Shown: positions 13,806 to 28,120, counted from the first letter of the stretch. The stretch: 64,000 bases of DNA from Octopus vulgaris (GCA_951406725.2 OX597824.1:71114001-71178000); one strand, 5' to 3'. Program-made: numbers and translations. Notes: a model not told the origin generated them from the sequence alone.

Positions 13806-13915
13806 TCTAAGTCTGGGTGCGGACTCAAATGTATATATCCTTATTCATTCCAACGCAAAAACATCTGGACAGAACAGTAAAACCATATACTGGAACACAG
13901 GCAAACACGCACACG

Positions 13916-13971
<56 letters not shown>

Positions 13972-14484
13972 CACACACATATTATACACAAACATACATA
14001 TATACATGTATATACTTATACATATACATGACATATGTATTCACGCATATATCCACAGTTACTCATACGTAGAAATCCATATACACACACCTCACTATAC
14101 ACTCGTGCACATATGTAAACATTTACATTAAGCTAGTCTTACATTTTTTAATATACATTATATATACTTAACGAATAGCAGGAAAAAATACCGAAAATAT
14201 TTTTTTAATTATGAAACATATGTGAAATCTACATAAATGTAGCTCCACACGTGCGCAAAACCTGGAACATACAATCATTCCAATTTATATATATAGGAAA
14301 ATTGAATAAGGGGACAAACTCTCGGGATGCTGTTAAACCAATTATATCTTGAATTCTTCTACATATGTTTCGACGGATGCACTCCAAAAATATCCGACAG
14401 GATAAATTATGGTCAGCAATGCATCAATCTTATCAGGAAGGATATAAATAACAAGCTCATCAAACAGTCATATATATACTTACG

Positions 14485-14527
<43 letters not shown>

Positions 14528-14543
14528 ACGCTATACACACACA

Positions 14544-14936
14544 TCTATATATATAAAAGTGAAGTTGTGTGAGTGTCTGTCTCCTACGATTTAGATTCCT
14601 AACTACTCCCACATTTTGCGGTGCAGTTTAACCAAAACCGGGTATCTTATAGTCGTGATTCATATCGAGCCCTTCTAGGTATTAGCGCGCGTCTACGATG
14701 AGTCTACGATTTAAAAAATAATTTACCATAATTTTTTTCCATTTTAAAGCATATTTTTTAAATAAAAGGAAGTAACTCTCTAAAATGTCTACGATGAGTC
14801 AACGATTTTAAAAAAATTTACCATAATTTTTTTCCATTTTTAATGCATTTTTTGCTGTTTTTTTGCTATAACTCTCTAAAAATGCTTTATAGTTATTTCC
14901 CTTACAAACCCGAGCAACGCCGGGCGATACTGCTAG
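14544..14936 (+). mobile_element. Non-autonomous Helitron
   Basis: Inserted between A and T; 5' TCTATATATATAAAAG; 3' hairpin CCCGAGCAACGCCGGG followed by CTAG; internal ~95 bp tandem duplication. Confidence 0.85.
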
Positions 14937-15304
14937 TACACATATATATATGAAAGAGTTTGATATTCACTCAATATTGTTTGGGTGTGTATGTTACTCC
15001 GACCTAACAAGGTGCCTCAATTTAAATACCTAATTCAACTGAATCTTAATTATATATATATAATCGGCTTAACTATTCCCGGGTACTCCTTAACTACTCC
15101 TGGGTAAGAGTAAAAACTGCACCCTTCTGTCAAGTAATGTTGAGTCAGTGTGACAGAGTAAGCTTATGAACCCAGTATGATCAGGAGCTCAAATTCACGG
15201 CCTCCACATCAGATCGTGTTTGGTGGAGAAAACCTGCCGAGGCCTTCGCGCTTCAGTGGGTTGAACGTGGACAATCCTATCCAATCCCCACCACACACGC
15301 ACAT

Positions 15305-15357
<53 letters not shown>

Positions 15358-15375
15358 TTTACATATATATGTCCT

Positions 15376-15570
15376 AGTGGTTCGAATTTGCGGGGTAGAA
15401 TAAACTGTGGAAAACTGATGAAGGGATTGTTCTTTGTGTTACCTGCCTTGGTTTTTCTATTTGTTTCTTTCGTTGTTCGCAAAAAAAAGTTCGTTTTCAT
15501 ATTGTAATTTATATTCCTGTTTTTCCTGTTTACGTTTTTTGACGTCCTGTACCCATATATGCATGTGTAT
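15376..15570 (+). repeat. Short (TA)n-embedded repeat family G
   Basis: Homologous to 33425-33597 (minus): shared CTGATGAAGGG and GACGTCCTGTACCCATATATGCAT. Confidence 0.6.
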
Positions 15571-15611
15571 ATACATATATATGTAAGTATGTACATGTAT
15601 GTACGTATATA

Positions 15612-15653
<42 letters not shown>

Positions 15654-15809
15654 TATTTACATTATACACACACACATATATGTATATATACGTAATGGGT
15701 TACATATGAGAATATTTATCTGTACTGTTTACTTAAGTTCTTTGTAACAGTTGGTTTATAAGCTGGATCTCTGTAAGCATTTAAAAAGGTATATAGTTTT
15801 GATCTTGCT

Positions 15810-16200
15810 GTTAAGAAAAGAAGGCAGCGCCCATGACCCTTACAAGGCCTCCAAGAGCAGTGTATGTTTGGGTAGGTAGGAAAGATGGTGGGAAGAAGGG
15901 ACATATCCTCAAATCGGAGATCTGGCCTGAAAGTTTAGAAGACAGAAGCATCCACAAAAGGTACCCCATGGTGCCACGTATATGCATTAAACCGGGCGAC
16001 GGTTTAAGTGCAGCATGCAAATAAGAGGACAAAGCATGATTTGAACTCAGGATGCAACGAACCGAAACAAATAATGTAAGGCATCTGGTCTGACGTTCTT
16101 GCAGTCCTGCTAATCTACTGCCTTGGATATGTACCGTTTTATCAATCCCCAAAATGGTATATAGGCGTTGATGAAATCCCAACATGGAATTGCAATTGGT
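15810..16200 (-). mobile_element. Old LINE 3' remnant (RTE/L2-like)
   Basis: LGFHQRLYTILGI resembles the post-RT FHQRCLRxILGI motif. The block GCAG..CCCATGACC.TTAC.GGCCTC recurs at about 47380-47430 and 63215-63270. Confidence 0.4.
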
Positions 16201-16374
16201 CCTGTTGCTTCTTCATTTTCAGTTCAGTCAATATGTGCGTGTGTGTGTCTGTGTGTGTGTGTCTGCGTATGTGTGTGCGCGCGCGTGCGCGCTTCGTGGG
16301 TGCAGCTATTACAAGGGAGGTAACCATATCGTCATAATATGAAGCGGAATTAGAAATTTGAAACTGAAATTATA

Positions 16375-16795
16375 CTCTCTTTACTCTCTCTTTTACTTGT
16401 TTCACTCATTTGACTGTGGCCATGCTGGAGCACCGCCTTTAGTCGAGCAAATCGCCCCCAGGACTTATTCTTTGTATGCCTAGTACTTATTCTATCGGTC
16501 TCTTTTTGCTGAACCGCTAAGTTACGGGGACGTAAACACACCAGCATCAGTTGTCAAGCGATGTTGGGGGTGCGGGACAAACACAGACACACAAACATAT
16601 ACACACACACGTACATATATATACATATATACGACGGGATTCTTTCAGTTTCCGTCTACCAAATTCATTCACAAGGCTTTGGTCGGCCCGAGGCTATAGT
16701 AGAAGACACTTGCCCAAGACACTTGTCACACAGTGGGACTGAACCCGGAACCATGTGGTTCGTAATCAAGCTACTTACCACACAGCCACTCCTAT
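16375..16795 (-). mobile_element. SINE family A, full length
   Basis: tRNA-like head, internal microsatellite and GAAACAAGTAAAAGAG tail on the minus strand. Confidence 0.9.
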
Positions 16796-17263
16796 CTAAA
16801 TATGAAGAAAAAAACATGAGAGGAGATAAGTTTATATGTTTATACAATACATCCTTACGTGTATTTCATTAATGAATAGCTCCATCATACAAAGCGTTAT
16901 ATTACAATCTGACTACATCACCAAATCAAAGGAGTTTGTGTAACAAACGAAATATAAGACAAATTATAGTTGTTCGACCGATACATTCTTCTTGAAAAAT
17001 TTATCTGCTATCGTATTTAAGATCAAAGAATTCATCTAAATAGGAGGGAATGTTTCTCATCAAAATACAAACGACAGTATGCACGTAAGGCCGCCATATG
17101 GTCTGTTAGCATGAACACATACAGATTTATGATATCAGATGGCACAGCTAATGATAAACGTAGTAACCTGCTCGAAAATCTTGTTTTGCTTTATTTTTAA
17201 CTTTATCTGACCAACACTAAGCAAAACAAACAAAAGCTTCTGTTTACGAACATATATATATAC

Positions 17264-17336
<73 letters not shown>

Positions 17337-17392
17337 GCAGGTGGAGTACAAACAAACAAATGTATTAGTATAGCGCTGAGGAATAGAAAAAG

Positions 17393-17430
17393 TCTTTTAC
17401 GTTTCGAGCCTACGCTCTTCGACAGAAAGA
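17393..17430 (-). ncRNA. Minimal type I hammerhead, CUGUCGA variant (repeat family E, 17331-17575)
   Basis: Minus strand TCTTT-CTGTCGA-A-GAGC-GTAG-GCTC-GAAA-C-GTA-AAAGA, identical to 18745-18782. Confidence 0.65.
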
Positions 17431-17574
17431 TCACACCGAAAAAAACAAGGAGAGAAACTAGGAGAGAGAAAAATGCGTGTAGGAGCTAACGATCTATCAT
17501 GGCGTCCTGACTTCGGACAGTGGTCAGACGCGAGAGGGGCAGTAGGGGAGATAACAGGGTCAAGTGACTTCCAA

Positions 17575-17610
<36 letters not shown>

Positions 17611-18047
17611 TGTATGTATGTATGTATGTATGTATGTATAAGCATACACCCATATATACTTATAGGTATGTATAAATACGCACGTATGTCTTTACGTATG
17701 TAGGCAAATACACACTTAAGTAAAAAACTAAATTCAATAATTTTTTGTTCAGGCCAGTAGGAGCACTTAGCATATGTGGCAACAATCCCATCCGTCAGTC
17801 ATCCTAGGCTAGAGGCCATGACGTAGGGTAACCACCTGGTGTATGTTGTGACTTGAGGGAGATTTGGGTCCTATTTCTAGTAGGTCGACCAATTAACAGA
17901 AGACACTGTCATGTTACTCGGCAACGTTTTACAGCTGAATCATTATTAACAATTAGGACTGATACTAATTAATGATACTTGGTCAAGGACGGAGAACAAT
18001 GAGTATGGCAGGATACGCATCCCCTGCCTAATCTACCTGGTAGATAT

Positions 18048-18119
<72 letters not shown>

Positions 18120-18242
18120 ACATACACACACACAAACACACACACATACACACACATAGAGAGAGAGAAAAGAGGACATCGCCAGAATTTTGGGAAAATA
18201 ATTTTTTATTTAGTCAGTACTATTAGCGCTTTCGTTCGTTTT

Positions 18243-18347
<105 letters not shown>

Positions 18348-18506
18348 ATGAGAGAGAGAGAGGGAGAGAGAGCGGGGAGAGAGAGAGAGAGAGAGTTTTG
18401 TCAATTTTCTGGCAGATATCCATCCATGTTTTCGAAACTGAAGCGAAAAATCTCAATATAGAAACTGCCCTTTTTTTCAGTGTATATGTAAATGTGTGCA
18501 AAAATT

Positions 18507-18537
<31 letters not shown>

Positions 18538-18744
18538 GAGACACACACAGTATTTGTTTATTTTAATAATTCATGTTGACTGTTTCACAGAAAATGACCA
18601 AGAGATTTATTTTTTAAAAATGACTAACAAACTAAATATATGACAAACTCGTACATACATACACCCAAATATATATATACATGTGTGTGTGTCGTTAGCT
18701 CCTACACGTATTTTTTCCTTCCTTGTTTGTTTTTTTTTTGTGTA

Positions 18745-18782
18745 TCTTTCTGTCGAAGAGCGTAGGCTCGAAACGTAAAAGA
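18745..18782 (+). ncRNA. Minimal type I hammerhead, CUGUCGA variant (repeat family E, 18690-18875)
   Basis: Stem I TCTTT/AAAGA, core CTGTCGA, extra A, stem II GAGC/GCTC, GAAAC-GTA with loopless ACGT stem III. Confidence 0.65.
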
Positions 18783-18870
18783 CTTTTTCTATTTCTGAGC
18801 GCCATACTAATATATTTGTTTGTTTGTACTCCATCTGCCTTCGTCTTTTGTTTATTTTCGTAAACTTTCC

Positions 18871-18958
<88 letters not shown>

Positions 18959-19100
18959 CATTGCACTTGACACTTTGGTCGATAACCGATGAGGAATTGG
19001 TGACATTCTGTGTTTGTTCTCTGTTCGTTTGAGCATTCAGTGCATTTAACATATGTTCTTCCGTCCGTTTAGTTCATTAATATACTTGTTTGACTTTTGA

Positions 19101-19131
<31 letters not shown>

Positions 19132-19420
19132 GTTTATCTTCAGTGGATTACATATCCGAAAAGAAGCACACTCTAAACTATTAGAGCAGTAATATGTATT
19201 TTAGGAAGTTAAATGTTATAGCCGGTCATACAGTGATCATTAGTTTTGCACCTATAAAGCACTTAGCAGTATAGGAGACTTGCCAGACTCAAATGGTCGA
19301 ATGGCGTGCCATTTGAGTCTGACGAGTCAAAGCAAGAAACCTAGCATACAGCTAACAGAAAGTCAAACGAGGAAGATAAGAATCCGTACAGGGCATTCCA
19401 TTGGGCAATCCATATAAATT

Positions 19421-19805
19421 GGAGGCGCAATGGCCCAGTGGTTAGGGCAACGGACTCGCGGTTGTAGGATCGCGGCTTCGATTCCCAGACCGGGCGTTGT
19501 GAGTGTTTATTGAGCGAAAACACCTAAAAGCTCCACGAGGCTCCGGCAGGGGATGGTGGTGATCCCTGCTGTACTCTTTCACCACAACTTTCTCTCACTC
19601 TTACTTCCTGTTTCTGTTGTACCTGTATTTCAAAGGGCCGGCCTTGTCACTCTCTGTGTCACGCTGAATATCCCGGAGAACTACGTTAAGGGTACACGTG
19701 TCTTTGGAGTGCTCAGCCACTTACACGTTAATTTCACGAGCAGGCTGTTCCGTTGATCGGATCAACCGGAACCCTCGTCGTCGTAACCGACGGTATGCTT
19801 CCAGC
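19421..19805 (+). mobile_element. SINE family C (tRNA-Arg-like head)
   Basis: GGAGGCGCAATGGCCCAGTGGTTAGGGC...GACTCGC...GCTTCGATTCCC. Same head at about 37030-37160 on the minus strand. Confidence 0.8.
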
Positions 19806-19807
19806 CA

Positions 19808-20172
<365 letters not shown>

Positions 20173-20399
20173 CGGAATTTCCAACACAATATGTTTTCTG
20201 ACAGGTGTAGGGGTGTATGGCATTAGAGTTATTTATACCTATATATACATTAATTATTTAAACGATACAATTTTTATAGTCCAGTTTCATCCGATTTAGC
20301 ATCCGGAAGTTATCATAATTAGTATACCTACTCTATTGACAAATATACGAACGCCTGTTTTTTTTTTCTTCTGACTACTTAGATTCTTAGACTAAACAC

Positions 20400-20480
<81 letters not shown>

Positions 20481-20493
20481 GCACACACGCGCG

Positions 20494-20556
<63 letters not shown>

Positions 20557-20958
20557 TATTTATTTTAGCATTCTTATCGGCTGTTTCCTTGAAAGTGAAC
20601 GTAAAATTTAATGGCCTGCAATAAAAAAAAATTGTTACAGACAGACAGACTACGGGGGAAAAAAAAGAAAGATAGAAAAGAAGAGAAGGAAGGAAGCAAT
20701 GAAAATGAAAATGAAAGAATAAACAAGAAAGAAAAAAACGGAACGAGGAAACAAGAAGAACAGAAGCTGATGTAGAAATGTCTGCCTGCTTGACATTACA
20801 GCTTAACCTACCTCGCATTACACCTTACTGTCTTAAAAATGGAAGAATGGTTTGATGACGGAAGCACAGGCTGATCGCGGTTAAAGCGCATTAGATCATA
20901 TCTGCTCAGTTAGGGTTAACTCGGGATTAAACAACAACAACAACAACAACAATTATTA

Positions 20959-21030
<72 letters not shown>

Positions 21031-21040
21031 TTATTACTAT

Positions 21041-21455
21041 TCAGTAGTTTTATTTTTATAGCGTACTTTCACTTCACTACCGAGCGCAGCTCTATGTGCC
21101 TTGGGTATGTGCTGTGATTTGTTGTGATGCTCTGATGGTTATTGTATGGAGAGTGTTCTGCGTAGGATGTGTGCAGTGCCTAGTAGTGCAATTTTCTGTA
21201 TGTTATATGTGTTTGTAAGTCCTGGTGTTTTTGTTATGTATTTGTCTGAATATTTTTTTATCATGCCTAATGCACCTATTATGATAGGAATTGTTTCTGT
21301 TTTCAGATTCCACATTCTAGTTACCTCTATTTCCAGGTCTTTGTATTTTGAGAGTTTCTCCATTTCTTTTAGAGACACGTTGTCATCTGCCGGTATTGAT
21401 ACATCAATTAGAAAGCATTTTTTTCTTCATGATCTCTGACAACTATATCTGGTCT
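21041..21455 (-). mobile_element. R4/Dong-clade non-LTR retrotransposon 3' fragment (restriction-like endonuclease)
   Basis: RPDIVVRDHEEKKCFLIDVSIP...KEMEKLSKYKDL...IPIIIGALG...QKIALLGTAHILRRTL*; (TAA)n on both sides. Confidence 0.85.
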
Positions 21456-21479
21456 ATAATATTATTATTATTATTATTA

Positions 21480-21520
<41 letters not shown>

Positions 21521-21542
21521 ATTATTATTATTGTTATTATTA

Positions 21543-21580
<38 letters not shown>

Positions 21581-22490
21581 GCCTTTGCACGGCTTCTAAC
21601 GCTGGAGATGTACTACAGTGTCAGCTGTTCACAACTGGTGAACTAAGGTAACACCTCTTATTTTTCGAGCACCTTCTGGAGTATTCGAGCGGTTCCAAGC
21701 AGTGCTGTTTTCTGCAAGTGCTCCACCCTTATTGCAGCCCCTATTTGTTCCACGTACTTCTCGAGATTTTTGCTCACTGTTCCCAGGGTTCCGACAATTA
21801 TTGGTACTACTGCTACCATTTTCATCGACCACAACTGCTTAACTTCCTAAGCTAACCTGTCATATCTCTTGACTTTTCTTTCTTTCTTATTGCCTACCTT
21901 GTTGTCAGCTGGGCATGCTATATCTATGATCCAGTATAGTTTGTTTTCTTTCTCAATTAAGACTATGTCTGGCTTCCTATTCTCTAACTCACGGTTGCAC
22001 TGAATCATAAAATCCCATATGATCTTTGCATTTCTATTTTCGACGATGCCTTCAGGTTTGTGGTCGTAGCAAGTTTTCGCTCAGTCAAGTCCATACTTGT
22101 TGCAAAGTGTCCAATGAACAAGCCTGGCTATATTGCCGTGGCGTCTCTTATATTCCTTCTGGGCTAGTGGCATACATTGGCTGGTAATATGCCATACGGT
22201 TTCACCGTTTTGTCCACAGATTCTGCTGTATTGTCTGTTCTGTTTTTTATGACGTTTGTTCTTAGTGCTTGCTCTTGGGCAGCAGAGATTAGAGCCTCTG
22301 TTTCCAGTTTTAAATCAATTTTAGTCATCCACAGCCATCTTTTTCTCTGTCCCTATGAAATTGACCATGCATTCTTTCCTTTACCCACCTATTTTCAGTT
22401 TCATTCGTTTTCAATTTCTTGTATAGTGCTTTATCTTTGCAATCTTTCATCCTACACAAGCCTGACCGTCTTACTTCTAATAACAGTTTT
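21581..22490 (-). mobile_element. Second, divergent R4/Dong-clade 3' fragment (zinc knuckle plus restriction-like endonuclease), decayed
   Basis: ETEALISAAQEQALRTN...CGQNGETVWHI...EYKRRH...WDFMIQC...KPDIVLIEK...IIDIACP...VPIIVGTLG...QKTALLGTARIL; followed by a (TAA)n tail at 21457-21580. Confidence 0.85.
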
Positions 22491-22972
22491 ATGTAACACA
22501 ATTGAAAAATATATATTTCATGATCATGGTTGTAAGATCCCAGATCATAGATTTACGGAATCCTGGCTGACTCAGGCTAAATAGCAACAACGACAGTAAT
22601 TTTTATATTGCCTCAATGAAGTTCTGAGTTTAAATCCAACTGCGGTTGACCTTGTTTTTAAACCACCACCTCTACACACATGCACACACACACACACTCT
22701 CAGGGTCGATTAAATAAAGTATCTGTTAGGTTCCGGGGATCGATTTCAAACTAGACGTCAATCATGCAGTATTTAGTATTTACCATGCAGTCTCTTATAT
22801 ATTATGAGTTCCATCGAGGTTAACTTTCTTAAGCCACTATTGGTCAAGGATAGTCGTGTGTCTATACTTAGAAATTTCCTCTCCAGAATGCAGTCTTGGG
22901 CAGGGTTTTCTTTTACCGACGTCCAGCTGTTGCTTTTGTATGAACTCTCATCTCTCTCTACTTTGATGAGAT

Positions 22973-23137
22973 AGGCGCAGGCGTGACTGTGTGGTAAAAA
23001 GCTTCCTTCCCAGCCACATGATTCCGAGTTCAGTCCCACTGCGTGGCATCTTGGCCAAGTGTCTTCTACTATAGCCTCAGGCCGACAAAAGCCTTGTGGG
23101 TGGATTTGGTAGACGGAAACTGAAAGAAGCATGTCGT
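22973..23137 (+). mobile_element. SINE family A, 5' half ending at its internal (TA)n
   Basis: Homology to the other copies. Confidence 0.85.
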
Positions 23138-23156
23138 ATATATATATATATATATA

Positions 23157-23440
23157 TAAATTAGAGACAAAACCATATATTATACATATGATTAATTTAT
23201 ATTATTTAAATATATAACAAAATTATTAAAAAATATAATTAATATTAATTATATTTTTACATATTTTATATTTAAATAATATAAATTAATCATATGTATT
23301 GGCTTAAGTTTTTCATTGTTTGATTTGCCTAATAGTGGTTTTGTCTCTAATTTAATATAATATAATATTTTACTATAAAATTGGATTCAATCCTAAATCT
23401 GATTTTTCCCTGTAAGTTTGGATTTATTCCCTAATATTTA
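23157..23440. mobile_element. AT-rich fold-back element in (TA)n with a conserved tail
   Basis: AAATTAGAGACAAAACCA / TGGTTTTGTCTCTAATTT plus an inner inverted repeat; the same ends and tail recur at 29229-29655. Confidence 0.65.
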
Positions 23441-23441
23441 T

Positions 23442-23492
<51 letters not shown>

Positions 23493-23531
23493 CATTTTTG
23501 CGTAATTTAGACGACAGTTTATTGACTGCAC

Positions 23532-23714
<183 letters not shown>

Positions 23715-23735
23715 CATATAAAAAATACATAAATA

Positions 23736-24143
23736 CAGGGTGCCATGAGTAAATTGTCGCAATTTTATATTTTTAATGGCGCGCGTGCGCATTCCTTGTT
23801 TTTGATTGTGTCGACTAACATCTGGCCACCCAGACTGCAGCCCCCTTGATTATTATGTGTGGGACGCAGTTGATCAAGAGACTAACAAAACTCCTTGTAA
23901 CACCCAAGCTGAACTGAAGGCAAGGATTATGGTAGCAATCACAGAAGAGTTGCAGGAGATTCTTAAGTCATCTGACGGCACCTGAAGCCAAATGTCTTCT
24001 ACTATAGCCCTGGACCGATCAATGCCTTGTGAGTGGATTTGCGAGATATTTTTATGTAATTTTGGTAAATATGTCTGTTAAAATGAGACGTCAGTGTTAT
24101 TTTCATTTTTGCGTAATTTAGACGACAGTTTATTCACTGCACC

Positions 24144-24145
<2 letters not shown>
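23736..24145 (+). mobile_element. Internally deleted Tc1/mariner (maT/DD37D-like) element
   Basis: TA|CAGGGTGCCATGAGTAAATTGTCG ... CGACAGTTTATTCACTGCACCCT; remnant [19 protein letters not shown]...ELKARI; a detached right end at about 23487-23535. Confidence 0.75.
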
Positions 24146-24195
<50 letters not shown>

Positions 24196-24378
24196 CAGAA
24201 GCAGGATTGATTATCTTTTTCTTTTATAAACAAATACTCAATGTCGCATTGCATTCAGAATTTGACAGAATTTGAACTTAGATCATAAACAAGCAGAAGA
24301 AATGCCGCCATGCATTTTGTACGGCGCGATAATGATTCCGTCAATTGGGCGCTCTACATTTTGCAATAAGACAGGGCT

Positions 24379-24409
<31 letters not shown>

Positions 24410-24547
24410 AACACACGCAATCTTTCATATGTCCTTTCCAAATTAATGAGTATTTTAAAGTTTTATTTGCTTATTTTTCATTTTTGTTGATTTAGATAAC
24501 AAAATCTTCAATATTATAGAACTTTCTAAAAACCAAAGAATGTGTGC

Positions 24548-25030
24548 AGACATGGCTACGCGGTTAAAAAATTCGTTTTGCAACCACGTGGTTTCGAGTT
24601 CAGTCCCACTGTACGGCACCTGAAGCAAACGTCTTCTACTTATAGCCCTGGACCGATCAATGCCTTGTGAGTGGATTTGCGAGATGGATATTGTTGTTTT
24701 TGAAAACCTGTTGTAAGTGCGAGTGTGCGTGCGTGCGTACTTGCGTGCGAGTGTGCGTGCGTGCTAGCGTGCGTCTGTAGATAGTTATACGTGAGAGCAC
24801 GTCTTTCTGTTTTTACTTCGCACCGCTTCACGACTTATGTTGGTTTCTTTACATCCCTGTAACGTAGCAGTTCGACAAAAGAAACCAATAGAATAACAAT
24901 TAGCCTATTTTTTAAATAAAAAAGTAAATACTGGGAAGGGAGCGATCTGGTTGACTGAACCCTTATCTTTCAAGGCTATGTCCCGGCATGGCCGCAGTCC
25001 AATAACTGTAACAAGTCAAAGAATAAAGGA
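24548..25030 (+). mobile_element. SINE family A, old diverged copy
   Basis: Homology to the other copies. Confidence 0.75.
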
Positions 25031-26007
25031 ACAAAACAATAATCCAAATATACCATCTGTGCTTTCACAGACACACAGACACACACACACACACACATAC
25101 ACACACGCGCACATGCCTACATACATGCATCATAACTTTGTGTGTGGGAGATGGTCTTTCACCATACAAACGTACAAAAACGCAATCTTATGTACATATA
25201 TACATCCTCTCGAAAGATTTTGGTTTTGTGCCAAATGTTTGAAACTATTATTGCTTTGTACCTTGTGGTAGAAACGATTTAATGGGTGGTGGATGACAAG
25301 GTTATTAGAGCGTAGGATAAAATGCTTTGCAGTACTTAGATACGGCTCTTTACGTTCTGAGTTCAAATTCGGCCGAGGTCGGTCGATTTAGCCCTACCTC
25401 CTCCCGGTATGAATAAATAATATTTACTTATTTTCACTGAGCCAGTTGATTGTTACTTTGGGGTTTATCCACTTTATTCTGTCTGATTTGTTGTTTTTGT
25501 TGTTTTTGTTAAGCAACAAGACGTGTAAGGGTGATTAGGTGATGGCCTAGGGCTTAGGGGCGGGAGATCCCAGACCTTGGGAAAAAAAAACTTTGGTCGT
25601 CTTGTTGTAGTCAAGGGCTCTTCGTTGTCGCCCGCTGGAAATGGAGATCTCCAGGTCCAAATTCTTGAACGGCTATTCTGTCTGATGAATCGACTAGAGA
25701 ACGGAAAAACTCCAGTGTAGCAATAGTTAACTGGTTCGGTCAAAATATAGGGTGGGGGTGGTGAAGCCGTCTTTATTGCGTTATAACCGCCTCTCACCGC
25801 CCAAAGTAATGCAAATGAAGCCTGTAGTATATATTTTTTGATAGCAAGTCACAGCATGCATAGACTAGCATAGGACTTTGGACCGGTGGACACATGGGTA
25901 CACCGGACAAGTGCCCAGTATGCCCATGTTTCAAGACGGCACTGATGCGTGCCTGTGTGTATGTGTTTGTTATGTTAAAGACAAAGCTGTGTTTGATTTA
26001 TATATAT

Positions 26008-26240
26008 AATTTCTTTAGCACCCACAAGGGGCTAAACATAGAGGGGACAAACAAGGACAGACAAACGGATTAAGTCGATTATATCGACCCCAGTGCGTAA
26101 CTGGTACTTAATTTATCGACCCCGAAAGGATGAAAGGCAAAGTCGACCTCGGCGGAATTTGAACTCAGAACGTAACGGCGGACGAAATACGGCTACGCAT
26201 TTCGCCTGGCGTGCTAACGGTTCTGCCAGCTCACCGCCTT
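26008..26240 (-). mobile_element. SINE family B, full length
   Basis: Reverse complement of 12423-12650. Confidence 0.9.
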
Positions 26241-26245
26241 ATTTG

Positions 26246-26329
<84 letters not shown>

Positions 26330-26821
26330 GCGCGCGCGCGCGCATGTTTGTCTTTGTGTCTGTGTTTGTTTCCCACTACCGCTTGACAACAGGTGTTTGT
26401 GTGTTTACGTCCTCGTAACTTAGAAGTTCGCCAAAGTTCGCCAAAAGACATCGATAGAGTAAGTACTAGGCTAAAATAAAGTCCTGAAATCGATTTGTTC
26501 GACTAAAACCCTTCAAAGCGTTGCCCCAGCATCGCCGCAGTCAAATGATTAAAACAGATATAAGAATCAATATTTCCAAAAGGTGTGGATGGTCCTACAC
26601 AAGCCTTCAAAACTTCTAACTGGCACATCAAACAGCAGAGTATCTGTTGACCGCATTGCTCACATACTTGTTGCCATGGGGTCCGCATATTTTTAAACAC
26701 GTTTACAACAAAGATTTCTGTCATATCAATTCTTTATTATTTTGTAAAAAAATCTTTTAAAACCTATTGTTTGCTCATCAACAATCCAAACTAATTATTT
26801 TCATTATTAAATAGTTTTTGG

Positions 26822-27262
26822 AATGCGGTGAAGTGACAGAATCGTTAGCACACCGGGCAAAATGCTAAGCGGATTTCGTCCGCCTTTACATTCTGAGTTC
26901 AAATTCCACCGAGGTCAACTTTACTTTGCATTATTTCGTGGTCGATGGAATAAGTACCATTTACGTACTGTTGTTGATGTAATCGACTAGCGTCTTCTCC
27001 CAAATTTCAGGTTTTGTGCCCATAATAGAAAAGATTATAAAAAAGTTTTTGAAAGTGGTTTAGTGGTTGAATTGTTAGCACGCCGGGCAAAATGCTTAGC
27101 AGTATTTCGTCCGTCTTTACGTTCAAATTCCGCCTAAGTCGATTTTGTCTTTCATCCTTTCGGGGTCAACAAAATGTTTCATTTGAGCTCTGGGGTCGAT
27201 GTAATCGACTTAACCCCTCTCGCAAAATTGCTGGCTGTGTGCCAAAATTTGAAACCATTATT
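26822..27262 (+). mobile_element. Two tandem older SINE family B copies
   Basis: Repeated GTTAGCAC.CCGGGCAAAATGCT...TTCAAATTCC...GATGTAATCGACT. Confidence 0.75.
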
Positions 27263-27909
27263 AAATATTGTTTGGACCCCCCCCCCCCCCCATCGAAACC
27301 TCTGGCTATACCACTCGCGAGACGCCCTTGTGCTCGAGAAGAGCTGCTTGCGTCCCATGGGCTGCATGCTTGACATGCCTGACTTAAATTACATCATCTG
27401 AATAGTCTAACATCAATATAAGGCTGTTGGACCCTCATATGTTAAGATCGAAAGGAGAATTCACTACTACACATACAAACAATACAAACACACACGCTAG
27501 ACAAAAACTAATAGAATTTATTGTTCATATTGTTGTCTTCAATTTTTCAAAGATGATTTCACTAAAATTTATTCAAATTCAAAAACCCTTCTTGTCTTTT
27601 CGGTCACCAGGTATAATTAAGAATAATACATAGTTTAATCTGTAACAACTAAACGACGAAACCAACTTAAAATAGATTTTATTTTTTTAAAATTAGATAA
27701 ATTAGAAAAATAACATTAAAATTAAGATTTAAAAAATTTATGAAGACAAGACATTCACTTGGAATGAACGAGATAGTGAATGAGGTTACAGCGAATGATG
27801 AAGCGAGTTGTGGTAGTCATTATACTTTCCGAAAACAAGGACATTCCACATCCCTCGGTTTTGGATAGAGAAAACTAAAATCTTCCGCTAACACGAAACT
27901 AACAGACGA

Positions 27910-27945
<36 letters not shown>

Positions 27946-28084
27946 GTATATATATATAAACGTACATATATGTACGTATATGCATGCATGTATGTATGTG
28001 TATGCACGCACATACCTATCCATACAAACATACAAATATATACATACAAACAGATATATAGGTATATATGCATACATACATACA

Positions 28085-28120
<36 letters not shown>

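Noticed and set aside
15409-15450. CTGATGAAGGG in repeat family G (also 33563-33573 minus)
   Set aside because: No downstream stem II plus GAAA, and no permuted fold could be drawn.
25429-25747. CTGATGA...GGAAAA next to a 45-bp inverted repeat
   Set aside because: No stem II or stem III pairing; only the old inverted repeat is supportable.
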